Assembly: GCA_038727095.1 (NCBI GenBank)
Contig: JAVYWK010000030.1
Coordinates: forward strand, 1 to 20,072
Origin: Thermofilaceae archaeon
Lineage (GTDB): Archaea > Thermoproteota > Thermoprotei > Thermofilales > Thermofilaceae
DNA: 20,072 nt
Direction: 5' to 3'
Shown here: piece by piece, positions 8,673 to 17,777 of the stretch
Layout of the letters: each line of letters opens with the position of its first letter
How positions within the stretch are numbered: position 1 is the stretch's first letter
Made by a program: the position numbers and the translations under genes
The notes under the pieces: model-generated
Told to the model about the DNA's origin: nothing
Seen by the model: the letters and a program-made list of their open reading frames with translations, nothing else
Databases searched by the model: none

Positions 8673-9305
8673 ATGAAGACGGAGGGCTTCGAGCTGGGTA
8701 ACGCGGTCGCGCTAGCCGATCTAGCTCGGAAGATGAGAAGGTACTTCCTAACGGTCCAGATGGCTTACGCGTTCCTCTTCAACGCCACGATAATTTGCGC
8801 CTACTGGCTGGCGGTGATATCCTTGGCTTTCCTGTTCGACCTTGATGAGCTACTTCTGTTCTGGGTGGCCGCTCTCCTCATCCTTATACCAGTCGTGCTC
8901 CTAGCTGCCTACGTGAGTGGGGTTGCCTCCCCGAGTGCCACTTCCCAGGTCTGGAGGACTCGAGGCAAGTACTTCGGGCTGTTATTCGCCGTGCCTTTCG
9001 TTATCACGTATTCCATGCGCCTGCCACCGTACATGTACTCCGTAGCTTGGTACCCCGCGCTCGCGGTCTCACTGCTCCTCGTTCACGTCTTCATCGAGAG
9101 AGAATCCTACCGGCGTGGCGAAGTCCTGGCTATGCCCTTCCTCGCCTCATCGGTACTTACGCTGTTGACCTCCCCTCTCATCTTCATCATAGTTGGTAAA
9201 TCGCCACTCGCTGCTTGGACGCTAGCTCTATCCTTCATGCTCACCAGCTACACTTTTGCCGCCTTCATAGCACTATACAAGGCTAGGAGGGCTCTCGTGG
9301 GTTAG
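8673..9305 (+). CDS. Polytopic membrane protein of unknown function
   Basis: 210 aa with about 6-7 hydrophobic helices; in an operon with the ABC genes and the regulator. Confidence 0.8.
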   Translation: MKTEGFELGNAVALADLARKMRRYFLTVQMAYAFLFNATIICAYWLAVISLAFLFDLDELLLFWVAALLILIPVVLLAAYVSGVASPSATSQVWRTRGKYFGLLFAVPFVITYSMRLPPYMYSVAWYPALAVSLLLVHVFIERESYRRGEVLAMPFLASSVLTLLTSPLIFIIVGKSPLAAWTLALSFMLTSYTFAAFIALYKARRALVG

Positions 9306-9306
9306 G

Positions 9307-9678
9307 ATGGAGGAGCTCTCCGGGCTCCTGCACGAGGTTGACTCGGATCTGCTCAACCCCAAAAGGTTTGCGATCGTCAGTCTCCTCTACGCGATCGGGC
9401 CGATGAGCCTCAGGGAGCTAAGGCGAACTCTTAACCTCACGTGGGGGGATCTGGACAGCAACATACGCAGGCTCCACGAGAAGGGTTACGTACGCCTCTG
9501 GAGGGGGCTCGGCAGCGGCCCCCGAATCCTAGAAGTGAAAGCGGAGCTCACCGAAGCTGGAATCCGAGAGTACGAGAAGCTAGCTCAACAGCTAAGCGCA
9601 GTCCTGCGGAAGGTGGAAGAAGCCAGGAAGCTTCCCGCCAACTGCGATCAGAGCAGCCTAGCTCAAGCGTCACGCTGA
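9307..9678 (+). CDS. Winged-HTH transcriptional regulator (ArsR/MarR-like)
   Basis: LLNPKRFAIVSLL...MSLRELRRTLNLTWGDLDSNIRRLHEKGYV...LTEAG; 1 nt after the upstream stop. Confidence 0.88.
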   Translation: MEELSGLLHEVDSDLLNPKRFAIVSLLYAIGPMSLRELRRTLNLTWGDLDSNIRRLHEKGYVRLWRGLGSGPRILEVKAELTEAGIREYEKLAQQLSAVLRKVEEARKLPANCDQSSLAQASR

Positions 9679-9881
9679 TGCTGCGGCAACACATGAAAGC
9701 CGCGAGGCGTATCACAAAAGCGGAGTCATTCTATTCACTTTCTGACAGTGCCTCCTGTGAAGCTTTTGAAACATCCAGCGTCAGCTTCGCTTGCTTTCTT
9801 CGCTGCCCCAATGGGTACGCGACCTTCGGCGTGTGCGACGTGAAGCTTAATATGTGAAGGATCGAAACCTTTCCCGTCTTT

Positions 9882-10268
9882 ATGGTGCTACCCGGCGAGT
9901 GGGTTGAGAAGGCTGACGTCTTCTTGCGTGAAGCTAAGAGGCACATTGAGGAGGGGATTTACTGGCTGTCGTGCTTCGAGGCCCAGCAGGCTGCTGAACT
10001 ATACCTAAAGGCGCTTCACGTAGCGGCTGCAGGCCTCTACCCCTTCACTCACGACCTCTCCGAGCTACTTGAGTCACTGAAAGCTCTCAACTTCAACCCC
10101 CCAGACGATCTTTTCGTGATTGCCGACGCCCTCACAGCCCACTACACTCTCTCGAGGTACCCGGGGAGGAAACCCGTTTCTTACACGAAAAGCCTCGCTG
10201 AGAGGTGCGTTTCATATGCGGAAAAAATCATTGAGTGGGTTAAGCGAGTATCTGAGATGGAGGGCTGA
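9882..10268 (+). CDS. HEPN domain protein (HEPN-MNT pair)
   Basis: W..KA..FL.EA, CFEAQQAAELYLKA, THDLSELL, HYTLSRYP. Confidence 0.9.
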   Translation: MVLPGEWVEKADVFLREAKRHIEEGIYWLSCFEAQQAAELYLKALHVAAAGLYPFTHDLSELLESLKALNFNPPDDLFVIADALTAHYTLSRYPGRKPVSYTKSLAERCVSYAEKIIEWVKRVSEMEG

Positions 10269-10608
10269 ACTCCTGAAGCGGCAAAACGAGCTCCTAGACG
10301 AATTCGTGAAGAATGTCGCGGAAAGGCTCGGTAGGTGCGCAGTGCTACTCTTCGGTTCTAGAGCCCGCGGCAACCACATACCCTACAGCGACTTCGACAT
10401 CGCTATCGTTGTGGAGGAAGCCGTAGACAAGCTCTCCTTAATTGAGGAGCTGCGAGCCTTGAAGCCGAGAGGGCTACCTCTCGACCTGATAATCTTCGAG
10501 AGAGAGGATCTGAAGAGCCCAGTCGTAAAGAAGATGCTTGAAGGCGCCATTATTGTTTACGATAGCTTACAGCTCCATTTCCCGGACAACGGAGATCATG
10601 AAGCATAG
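10231..10608 (+). CDS. Minimal nucleotidyltransferase (MNT) antitoxin
   Basis: LLFGSRARG....SDFDIAIV and LDLIIF. ORF open from 10120; TTG at 10231, overlapping the HEPN 3' end, is the more plausible start. Confidence 0.88.
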   Translation: MSGLSEYLRWRAELLKRQNELLDEFVKNVAERLGRCAVLLFGSRARGNHIPYSDFDIAIVVEEAVDKLSLIEELRALKPRGLPLDLIIFEREDLKSPVVKKMLEGAIIVYDSLQLHFPDNGDHEA

Positions 10609-11038
10609 TACACATTTTAAGATCCACACTATGATCCACATCAAGTCTCTCGCTAACACAACACAAGCTGCTAGGACCCTTTCGGGCTCCCATGATTTAA
10701 AACTTCAACAGCTCTAGGAGGATTCAACGAGCCCAATGCCGAGACTCATCGGAAGCTGGTTTAGCTTGTTGACGTCCCTACTAGTGTTTCCCCGATAGGG
10801 TAGCGGCAGTCTTCAACGTGGGGAAAGGTTTCACGAGCTCGGGTGAAGTGAACACCGAAACTGGTTCCATTGTCAAATGGGTGCAACACGACTCGATCGG
10901 CGGCTTAGGACTGCAAGCCGTGATGTCAGAGCTCCGCGATACGCTTTCATTGACATGCGTTTTAAGCGGTTGCGCTCACTGTAGAAGTCGGTTGTCCTCA
11001 ACCGGCCTCCAAAGCCCTAGCCAGAGCAGAGCGTCAAA

Positions 11039-11629
11039 CTAAGCGTGCAGGTTGCATAGGAGCCCACGTAGTTCATGCAGTATTCTGGATAGCTCCTTTA
11101 CGTAAAAATCGTAGTACTTCCTGGTCGGGAAGGGAAGAGAAAAGAAACTGCCCACAACCCCCCTTTCTCTTCCCCATCTCAAGTCCTTTTCAACAACCCT
11201 GTAAACCCTTTTGACAACTACGATTACCGTGTAGGGTTTTACATCCTCCAGAAGCTCCCTCAACCTCCTTCTCGCATCTTCAACTTGACGGTTATATCCA
11301 ACCTGCTTAGATCCCTTACTCAGTTTTAAACCGGGTATGTCGCCTAGAAAGTCGTACAAGAAGCAGCCGCATCTAGCGAAAAACACCAGGAACTCATCAT
11401 CGTCAAAGCTGAACACGCTCTTGAAAGCGCGTAGAGTTGCTCTGTAGAGAAGCCCCTTACGACTGTAGAAAAACACTCTAGGAGCCCTGAGGGGTGGCGA
11501 TTCGCCGAGGAATATAACCCGTATACTCGAACCCCACAGCCTGGGGTCGTAGGTTCTCCTTAACCGCTTAATCTCATGAACAACGGGGTAGCCCCAACCC
11601 CCATGAGAGGAATTTTCCATCATGTTCAA
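11039..11629 (-). CDS. Uracil-DNA-glycosylase-fold-like hypothetical protein
   Basis: RVIFLGESPP followed by FFY (UDG motif-1-like), LLEDVKPYTVIVV strand, C-terminal LPFP where UDGs have HPS. Lower GC than the flanks. Start uncertain. Confidence 0.6.
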   Translation of the reverse strand: MNMMENSSHGGWGYPVVHEIKRLRRTYDPRLWGSSIRVIFLGESPPLRAPRVFFYSRKGLLYRATLRAFKSVFSFDDDEFLVFFARCGCFLYDFLGDIPGLKLSKGSKQVGYNRQVEDARRRLRELLEDVKPYTVIVVVKRVYRVVEKDLRWGRERGVVGSFFSLPFPTRKYYDFYVKELSRILHELRGLLCNLHA

Positions 11630-11811
11630 AGGATTAAAAACTTTTAGAAACTAATTACGCTTATGCTCCTGCAGAACACTGCCACTGCATAGCCCCAGCT
11701 ACGCTGGTATAGTAGGTGCCCCCTGGATGCTGTAAAGGCGTTTGTCTCATAACTCCATGAGCGTTTAACGCTATGTTTTTGGGCACCTATGAAAGGTGAA
11801 GTAGAAGTTCG

Positions 11812-14367
11812 ATGAGTGATGAGGCTGCACCTTCAGCTGTTAAGCTCGTAGCTCCAGCTTTGTTACTCGCATTCATTGCTGCAGTTGCGCTCGCCCAGCC
11901 TTCGTACGTCAGTCAGTACTTCGAGGTTTACGACTACGCTAACGCTGGAGAGAGCTACCTGAAGGCTGTGGCCACTGCGATGGAGAGCGCGTTGGAAGCT
12001 GTGGTCGGCCGTGGAGGCTCCTTAGCACGGCCGTGCTCGGGGGAGCGGTACACAGTCAATGTTGTCCGCATCTCGGGTGGCGAGATGGGCTTCACAAAGT
12101 ACCAGCTAGCGGCCGATGCCGCCGGGCGAGTGAAGGACGCGTGCATCGTCTGGGTGAACATCTCTACTGGCCTCTCGGAGACCATGCTGAGGGCTACCGC
12201 CTACCACGAGATCGTCCACGTGGCTCAAGCGAGCTACTTCAGGTACGCGAGCGTGCCGCAGGCGCGACCGTGGTACATCGAGGCTTCGGCAGAGGGGTTC
12301 GGGAGCGCTCTCTCAGGCGTGTGCGTCTGGACGCCCTACTACTTCAACTACGGCCTCTACAGGTACAACCCCTACAGGTTCGCGGGAACCGACTCGCGCT
12401 GCTACGCCTTAGGGGCGTTCTACTACTGGATTCTAGCATCGGGCTACTCCGGCTTGGATCAGGCCCTCAGGGGCTCCCTCTCCGGGGAAAGCGTGGTATC
12501 CAGCTGGGTGAACAACGCCTACCTCGACTTCCTCCTCGCCCTAACCAAGGGTGTAACGCTCTGCGGGACGCGCTACGAGCCCGATTTCACCCGCGTGTAC
12601 TTGCCCGGTGGAACGTGGAGCACGACGGTGACCATCGACGGCTTGAGCGCAGCCTACTACAGGATCGAGCTCCCCGCGCCGGGCCCCATCCTGGTGACAG
12701 TCACAGGCAACGTGAGGAGCAACATCGCTCTGGGGCAGCCATTCACTGTGCAGAACACGAGCCTATCGATGGTGCTCGCAAACCCGGGGTTAGAGTCGAC
12801 CACGGTCAGCGTGACAGTCCACTACCGCCCACCAATGGAGGCTAAGCTCGTGCAGGGCTCCTACGACGGCTGGAGGAGGGTCCTTCAACTGACGATCCAC
12901 GTGCTTTACGCCGGCCGACCCGTCACTGGGCTGATAGAAGTGGACGGGATCCCCGTCGAAGCCTCAAACGGTTACGCGACCTTCTCGCTGACGGGCGTTT
13001 CGTGGGGCGATCACACTCTAAGGATCTCGTACGCCGGAGCCGAAGCCGGTTTGAGAGTCAGGGTTGCGAGACCCGCAGCTTCGCTTGCCACCCACCCGGT
13101 GCTATACCTAACCCCCACGGGTCGTGGCGAGATCAGACTGCTGCTGAGGAATCCGGGCGATGTCAGCGTGAAGGCGCAGGTGATGCTCGAGGCACCCCCG
13201 TTCATCCGGTCCGAACCCCTCTGGGTGGATGTGCCTCAGAAGGACTCGAGCACCGGCCTACCGTTCACCGTTGTGTCATCGCCCGATCCAGCAACCCTGA
13301 CCGCGAGCGTGTGCTACGCGCCGGGCGATTGCTCGCGGCTCCAGCTCAACGTAACCCCAGTGGAGCTGAAGGTGCTGCGAGCACACTACGACTCCGCCGC
13401 GAACAGAACGCTCGTTGAAGCCCTGGCCGAACCCGTTCAGCTCCGCTTGTTAGCCGCTATCGAGGGTCTGTGGGGGGTCGCGTGGTTCAAGCACTCCACC
13501 TACTACACCGGCGGGCTTAACGTATCCATACCACAGCCCATAATCGAGCTCCACGCCCGACCCGAGCTCGTCGCACCCTCCTGGCTTACCCTCCACGTGA
13601 ACGCGACCGTCGGAGTCAGCGATCATTGCCCCATCTTCAACGTGAGCTACCTGCTGCAAGCCGTCGTAAACGGGGTTCCGCTCGGGGTTGTCACCCTCTC
13701 CTGCGGAGACGCGCGAGCCTTGTCGACCATCATCAACGTCACGTACAGCGGTGCAAGCCTGCCGCTAACCGGCCCCTTCGTCAACCCCGTTCTAGTGAGC
13801 GTGCCTAGGCCTGCGCTCGAGGTGTTATCAGCCGACTGGTTCCTCGACGACTTCGGTAGCACGGTGAGAACCGAAGTCGCGGTGAAAGGGCCCTGTAAGT
13901 TCCTGATCATGGGGCGCGAGGTTGTAAATGATACCTTGACTATCGAGAAGAGGCTAGAGAAGGGTGTTAGAGCGCTCGAAATCGATCTGGAGTTCGAGGA
14001 GCTGCGCATCGAAATGCCGAGAGTGGTGTTGGAGCTGTCGATCCCGCCAATCGCTCTGGCTGGGCTGCCGATTCAGGCAACAGTGGCCCTGCGCACGATT
14101 GCGCGCGTGAACGCTACGGTATCCATCCTCGTATCCGGCGGAGAGGTTGAGCGCATCCACCTCGTGAAGCTGGACGGGGAAGCGATCGAGAGGGTATTCA
14201 GCTTGCAGCTACCCCATCCGGGAGTCTACAGTGTAGTCGCGCAGGCGTGGTTCGCCAACGCGTCGGCAAGCCTCATCTACGTCAAAGTGCGGGGGATTAG
14301 GGTGGAAACCCCCATCTTCGCCCTCGTCGGGAGCCGAGCCCCCCGTAAGGGTGCTGCTCTACGCTGA
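11812..14367 (+). CDS. Large secreted/surface protein, N-terminal part: signal peptide, gluzincin-like HExxH domain, beta-rich (Ig-like) domains; frameshifted
   Basis: Signal peptide KLVAPALLLAFIAAVALA/Q; YHEIVH (nt 12205-12219) plus WYIEASAE; many N-x-S/T sequons; reading frame lost at the C6 tract 14339-14344. Confidence 0.8.
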   Translation: MSDEAAPSAVKLVAPALLLAFIAAVALAQPSYVSQYFEVYDYANAGESYLKAVATAMESALEAVVGRGGSLARPCSGERYTVNVVRISGGEMGFTKYQLAADAAGRVKDACIVWVNISTGLSETMLRATAYHEIVHVAQASYFRYASVPQARPWYIEASAEGFGSALSGVCVWTPYYFNYGLYRYNPYRFAGTDSRCYALGAFYYWILASGYSGLDQALRGSLSGESVVSSWVNNAYLDFLLALTKGVTLCGTRYEPDFTRVYLPGGTWSTTVTIDGLSAAYYRIELPAPGPILVTVTGNVRSNIALGQPFTVQNTSLSMVLANPGLESTTVSVTVHYRPPMEAKLVQGSYDGWRRVLQLTIHVLYAGRPVTGLIEVDGIPVEASNGYATFSLTGVSWGDHTLRISYAGAEAGLRVRVARPAASLATHPVLYLTPTGRGEIRLLLRNPGDVSVKAQVMLEAPPFIRSEPLWVDVPQKDSSTGLPFTVVSSPDPATLTASVCYAPGDCSRLQLNVTPVELKVLRAHYDSAANRTLVEALAEPVQLRLLAAIEGLWGVAWFKHSTYYTGGLNVSIPQPIIELHARPELVAPSWLTLHVNATVGVSDHCPIFNVSYLLQAVVNGVPLGVVTLSCGDARALSTIINVTYSGASLPLTGPFVNPVLVSVPRPALEVLSADWFLDDFGSTVRTEVAVKGPCKFLIMGREVVNDTLTIEKRLEKGVRALEIDLEFEELRIEMPRVVLELSIPPIALAGLPIQATVALRTIARVNATVSILVSGGEVERIHLVKLDGEAIERVFSLQLPHPGVYSVVAQAWFANASASLIYVKVRGIRVETPIFALVGSRAPRKGAALR

Positions 14368-15175
14368 ACCCTCCGTACCCCTCACGGTGAACGTGACTGT
14401 AACGGGCTGCGGCTACCCATTGGAGCTCGCGGTAGATGTAAACTCGACCATGCAGCTGGAGTTCAACCAGGTCTGCACAGCTGTGGTGGAGGCGAGGTTC
14501 CTGAACTATACCTCCACAGCTGCCACCCACTGGGACGTACTCACCCTCACTTTCGAGAGGGTGCTAGGTTATCACGAAGGAGGCTTGATCGTCCCCAACG
14601 GGACGCTGAAACCGGTGGCTCTATTTGCCAACGCCACACCTGCACCCGCCAAAGCCACCGTGAACGGCCAGCCGGTGTACACGGTTTCAAAGCCGGGAGG
14701 CTACCTACTGAAGCTGGAGGCCGAGCTCTGGGGGGTCCGCAACGAGACGACGCTGACCGTCTACGCGGTGCCCGAGCAGCTGTACCTTAGCGCGCTTGGG
14801 CTGCTCGAAAAGCTTGGCAAACCACCGTATTTCGCCAGTAGCTTAAAGCTCGCCGTGGTATCTGGCAGGTGGGAGACAGTGAAGCTCTTCGTAGACACCT
14901 ACATCTCAGCTAGACAGGCAAGCCCCGAGCCGGTTGCCCTACTCGCCTCTATGCTGGCTGAGAAGTGGGCTCGAGAGGGCGTAGAAACGTACCTGAGCTC
15001 TGCGCAGACGCTACTAGCCTTAAGACCCGTTATATACGCCGTAATCATCGTCACAGCAGCCCTACTCATCAGGAAAAGAGCTATCCGAGTAAAAGCGCGG
15101 AAGGGAAGCATCACGGGTGATCAGCCTCAACCCGGAAACCCGGAAGCGCCTGCCAGTGCGGGCTCCACCGCTTAG
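14351..15175 (+). CDS. C-terminal continuation of the surface protein, with membrane anchor
   Basis: Deleting one C at 14339-14344 fuses ...GSRAP-VRVLLYAEP... Same beta-rich, sequon-rich composition; C-terminal TM PVIYAVIIVTAALLI followed by the basic tail RKRAIRVKARK. Confidence 0.75.
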   Translation: MLLYAEPSVPLTVNVTVTGCGYPLELAVDVNSTMQLEFNQVCTAVVEARFLNYTSTAATHWDVLTLTFERVLGYHEGGLIVPNGTLKPVALFANATPAPAKATVNGQPVYTVSKPGGYLLKLEAELWGVRNETTLTVYAVPEQLYLSALGLLEKLGKPPYFASSLKLAVVSGRWETVKLFVDTYISARQASPEPVALLASMLAEKWAREGVETYLSSAQTLLALRPVIYAVIIVTAALLIRKRAIRVKARKGSITGDQPQPGNPEAPASAGSTA

Positions 15176-15268
15176 AGTCTAGGGAGCTCTATAGGCGTAG
15201 CCTCTCGAACCCTGGTAGGATTCTCCACCCGGGCTCACCTTAGCGCTCTCTCCGGGAAACACTGAGGT

Positions 15269-15706
15269 TTACCGGTCGAGGATCTGCGGCAGTACTCTGA
15301 CACCAGGAATTTTGTAGAAGTGCCTGTCGAATGTGTACGCCTCCTCGACTCCCGCCTCCTTCATCTTCACGTACGCGAGAGCATCATTTACGCTCACAGC
15401 ATAACGCTCAGCTAAGTCCACTGCGGTACCGAAATCTGAAGGCTCCACGGGTAGGATCTCTATGTTCTCCTTCGAGAGGATGCCGGCCACCAGCTTGATA
15501 CTGTAGGATAACCCCAGCCTCGCTTCAACTATGTTCGCCACCTCGCTTACGTGGACAACGGTTGTGACCACAGGCTCCCCTTCCTCAACTCTCACCAAAA
15601 CCTCCTGCGCAGCCCTCTTAACCGCAGCCTCCCTCGGGGTCAAGCTGCGCTTCGGCTTCAAGTAGGCGTGCAGAAACACGCTGGAGTCCAGGAACCTAGC
15701 CCTCAC
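15269..15706 (-). CDS. vapC: VapC PIN-domain toxin
   Basis: FLDSSVF, HVSEV, SVNDAL, YTFDRHF: the conserved acidic PIN residues are present. Confidence 0.92.
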   Translation of the reverse strand: MRARFLDSSVFLHAYLKPKRSLTPREAAVKRAAQEVLVRVEEGEPVVTTVVHVSEVANIVEARLGLSYSIKLVAGILSKENIEILPVEPSDFGTAVDLAERYAVSVNDALAYVKMKEAGVEEAYTFDRHFYKIPGVRVLPQILDR

Positions 15707-15932
15707 GGTAGAGCGCCCCCTTCAACGCGTGAGTATCCGCGAAATCCTCAACGTCAACCTCAATCGCGTCGAAGAGGTCCGTCAGCTTCAGCGCGCTTAA
15801 AGGCTTTAACCTCAACTCACCACCATCCAGCACCTCGAGAATGAACACTCGCGCACCCACCCTCCTACGCACACTGGAGGGAATCAAGATCCTGCCAAAT
15901 CTATCCATCTTCACCAGATAGCTCTCAATCAC
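15696..15932 (-). CDS. AbrB/MazE/SpoVT-type antitoxin
   Basis: VKMDRFGRILIPSSVRR...ELRLKP; overlaps vapC by 11 nt. Confidence 0.9.
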   Translation of the reverse strand: MIESYLVKMDRFGRILIPSSVRRRVGARVFILEVLDGGELRLKPLSALKLTDLFDAIEVDVEDFADTHALKGALYREG

Positions 15933-16359
15933 AGCTTACACCAGAATCTCTAAATCATCCGGAAATATAATTCTTACCATCAATGCCGGGTTAGCCGTCA
16001 ACCAGCGACCACTGTAGAGACCATTCAGCCCCGATGATTTTAACCTTTAAGCCGGCCACGATGATCGGCAATGCCATTTTCTAACTACCCCCCTAAGCGT
16101 AAAACAAGACTTGAAGCTCCTCCGCATCAACCCCCCGAGACCTTACGAAGTAAGCCTCGCTACAAGCTCACACCTACGCTTCCTCCTACCCGTTCCAACA
16201 GCTACGGCAACCCAACGTGCCTAGCGTCGCCTTGCAGGCTATGCTTGAAAGGTGAAACCTGGCTACGTACCGATGGTTGGAGCACGGCATCGGGGACGAG
16301 TTGAGCGGGAGGATCGAGGGAAGCCTTGAAAAAGTGAACGGATTGAGTTTCGAGTGGAG

Positions 16360-16700
16360 CTACTTTCTCCTTCTAGCCCGGATGACTAAGAGCACAGCCA
16401 CCGCTAGGACTGCAAGCGCAGCAGCGATCAGCAGTAGGTTGTTTAAGCCCAGAAATCGATGGTTTCCGGCTTAGGCTTCCAGTGTGCAACGAGGTTGACA
16501 GGCTAGTTCACGGTGAAACTATAGGTTGGTGACGTGGGGACTGCTTCTCCGTAGGAAGTACTTAAAGGTGTAGTTGCGTTCAAGCCCTTCGCGTAGACGC
16601 CGGGGCCCTGCACAGTCCCGTAAGCCGAGTACGCGGTTACCGCGTACTCGGCCTTGTGTATTGGCTTCATCAAGAGGTATCGATAGTAATCATTGTTCAT
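16360..16700 (-). pseudogene. Remnant of a membrane-anchored surface protein (InlB B-repeat/Flg_new-like domain plus TM anchor)
   Basis: YAVTAYSAYGTVQGPGVYAKG...(shifted YTFKYF)...SPTYSFTVN*PVNLVAHWKP, then frameshifted LNNLLLIAAALAVLAVAVLLVIRARRRK*. Internal stop at 16503-16505; no signal peptide or N-terminal part. Confidence 0.65.
16624..16652. repeat. 29-bp palindrome (14-bp perfect arms, 1-nt centre)
   Basis: GCCGAGTACGCGGT-T-ACCGCGTACTCGGC, checked base by base. Confidence 0.95.
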
Positions 16701-17452
16701 GTTTCACCAGATATTTTACAGAAAAGTTTTTCAATGTCGAGGATGATCCCTGGATCGCGACTTTGAAGCCATTTTACCATTTTCTCGCCGCCTACGTAGA
16801 AGGTTATACGGGTGAAAGGTTTTTCACGGCCGGAGTTGTTCTCTTTCAGCTGCAGTACTTTTCGGATCACATTTTCGATGTACCTGGCAAATCCCTCCTT
16901 CCACTCCTGCCAAACCATGTACTCGTAATCCTTATGACTTAAATACTCCTTTAATTCTTTCCTTATAGTTAGGATTTCCTCAGCGTTAGTATCTAAAAAC
17001 CTAGAGTAAAGTTCCACAAAGTGATCATCAGTGTAGGGGAAGGGGTAATTGAGCTCCCATGAGTAGTTGCCGGCTTCTACCTCCTCTCTTGCTACTGTAA
17101 GGTTGCTTTTGAGCTTCTCCTCGCAGCACTCCCACTGATAGCAGTGGACAAACTCGTGTAAAACGGAAACTATACTTTCTAAAATAGCTTCACCAGATAG
17201 AGAGACTACAGCTGTCATTCTCCAATCGTTCACGTCTAGGGGGAGGGCGGCGGAAACAGTATCCGGCATCCAGCTGGGTGCTGTTACGATTCTTGCAAGC
17301 CTATATTCGTTATTAGAAGGCTCGAAAAGGTAGAGTTCTCTCCCCCTAAGTACAGCTAGTGGATATAGGTTCGTGAACAAGGGATGAATCTGCCGAACTT
17401 TTCTCAAGCTAGATAAAAGCATAGCCACAACATCGGAAACATCCATGCTCAC
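16697..17452 (-). CDS. Hypothetical zinc-metallopeptidase-like protein (gluzincin motif), low GC
   Basis: VLHEFVHCYQ and downstream WKEGFARYIE; no signal peptide; hand-counted 60-nt lines at 16921 and 16981 are 30% and 40% GC, versus 68% for a herA line. Confidence 0.78.
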   Translation of the reverse strand: MSMDVSDVVAMLLSSLRKVRQIHPLFTNLYPLAVLRGRELYLFEPSNNEYRLARIVTAPSWMPDTVSAALPLDVNDWRMTAVVSLSGEAILESIVSVLHEFVHCYQWECCEEKLKSNLTVAREEVEAGNYSWELNYPFPYTDDHFVELYSRFLDTNAEEILTIRKELKEYLSHKDYEYMVWQEWKEGFARYIENVIRKVLQLKENNSGREKPFTRITFYVGGEKMVKWLQSRDPGIILDIEKLFCKISGET

Positions 17453-17551
17453 TAGACGCTTGGTTAATACTTATGTTTTACTTACATTAAAAATGGCTTT
17501 AGCCGCTGCGCTAACGGGTAAGTGAAATAAGCTCTACGTCATGCTGGCTGT

Positions 17552-17764
17552 GTGGTACGCTTGTGTGATGAGCTGCTGGGTAAGCGAGACCCTGAAGGGT
17601 ACTACGTCATCCTCGCGAAGCTCGAGGCACTGCCTCTGCTTGAGGGCTTCGACGTGCGGGTGGAGCAGAACCCCTCCCTGCTGGTGGTGAGGGTGAAATC
17701 CCGCAGCGTGGCGCGCAAGATCTGCCGAATCCTCCAAGCGCGAAACCTCCTCGTACACCCTTAG
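17552..17764 (+). CDS. Small hypothetical protein
   Basis: 70-aa ORF with host-like codon usage filling the gap between two genes; no family recognised. Confidence 0.55.
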   Translation: MVRLCDELLGKRDPEGYYVILAKLEALPLLEGFDVRVEQNPSLLVVRVKSRSVARKICRILQARNLLVHP

Positions 17765-17777
17765 AGCATGGCAGTGC

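Noticed and set aside
10609-11038. 430-bp intergenic stretch with a 74-aa ORF and a short GATCCACA repeat
   Set aside because: No recognisable protein, tRNA, C/D-box pairing or repeat array.
15933-16359. Small ORFs 16071-16304 and 16277-16474
   Set aside because: No motifs; the second is largely the antisense of the TM-anchor remnant.
17560-17620. GTGATGA...CTGA, a possible C/D-box sRNA
   Set aside because: Spacing does not fit a C/D'/C'/D layout, and it lies inside a plausible CDS.
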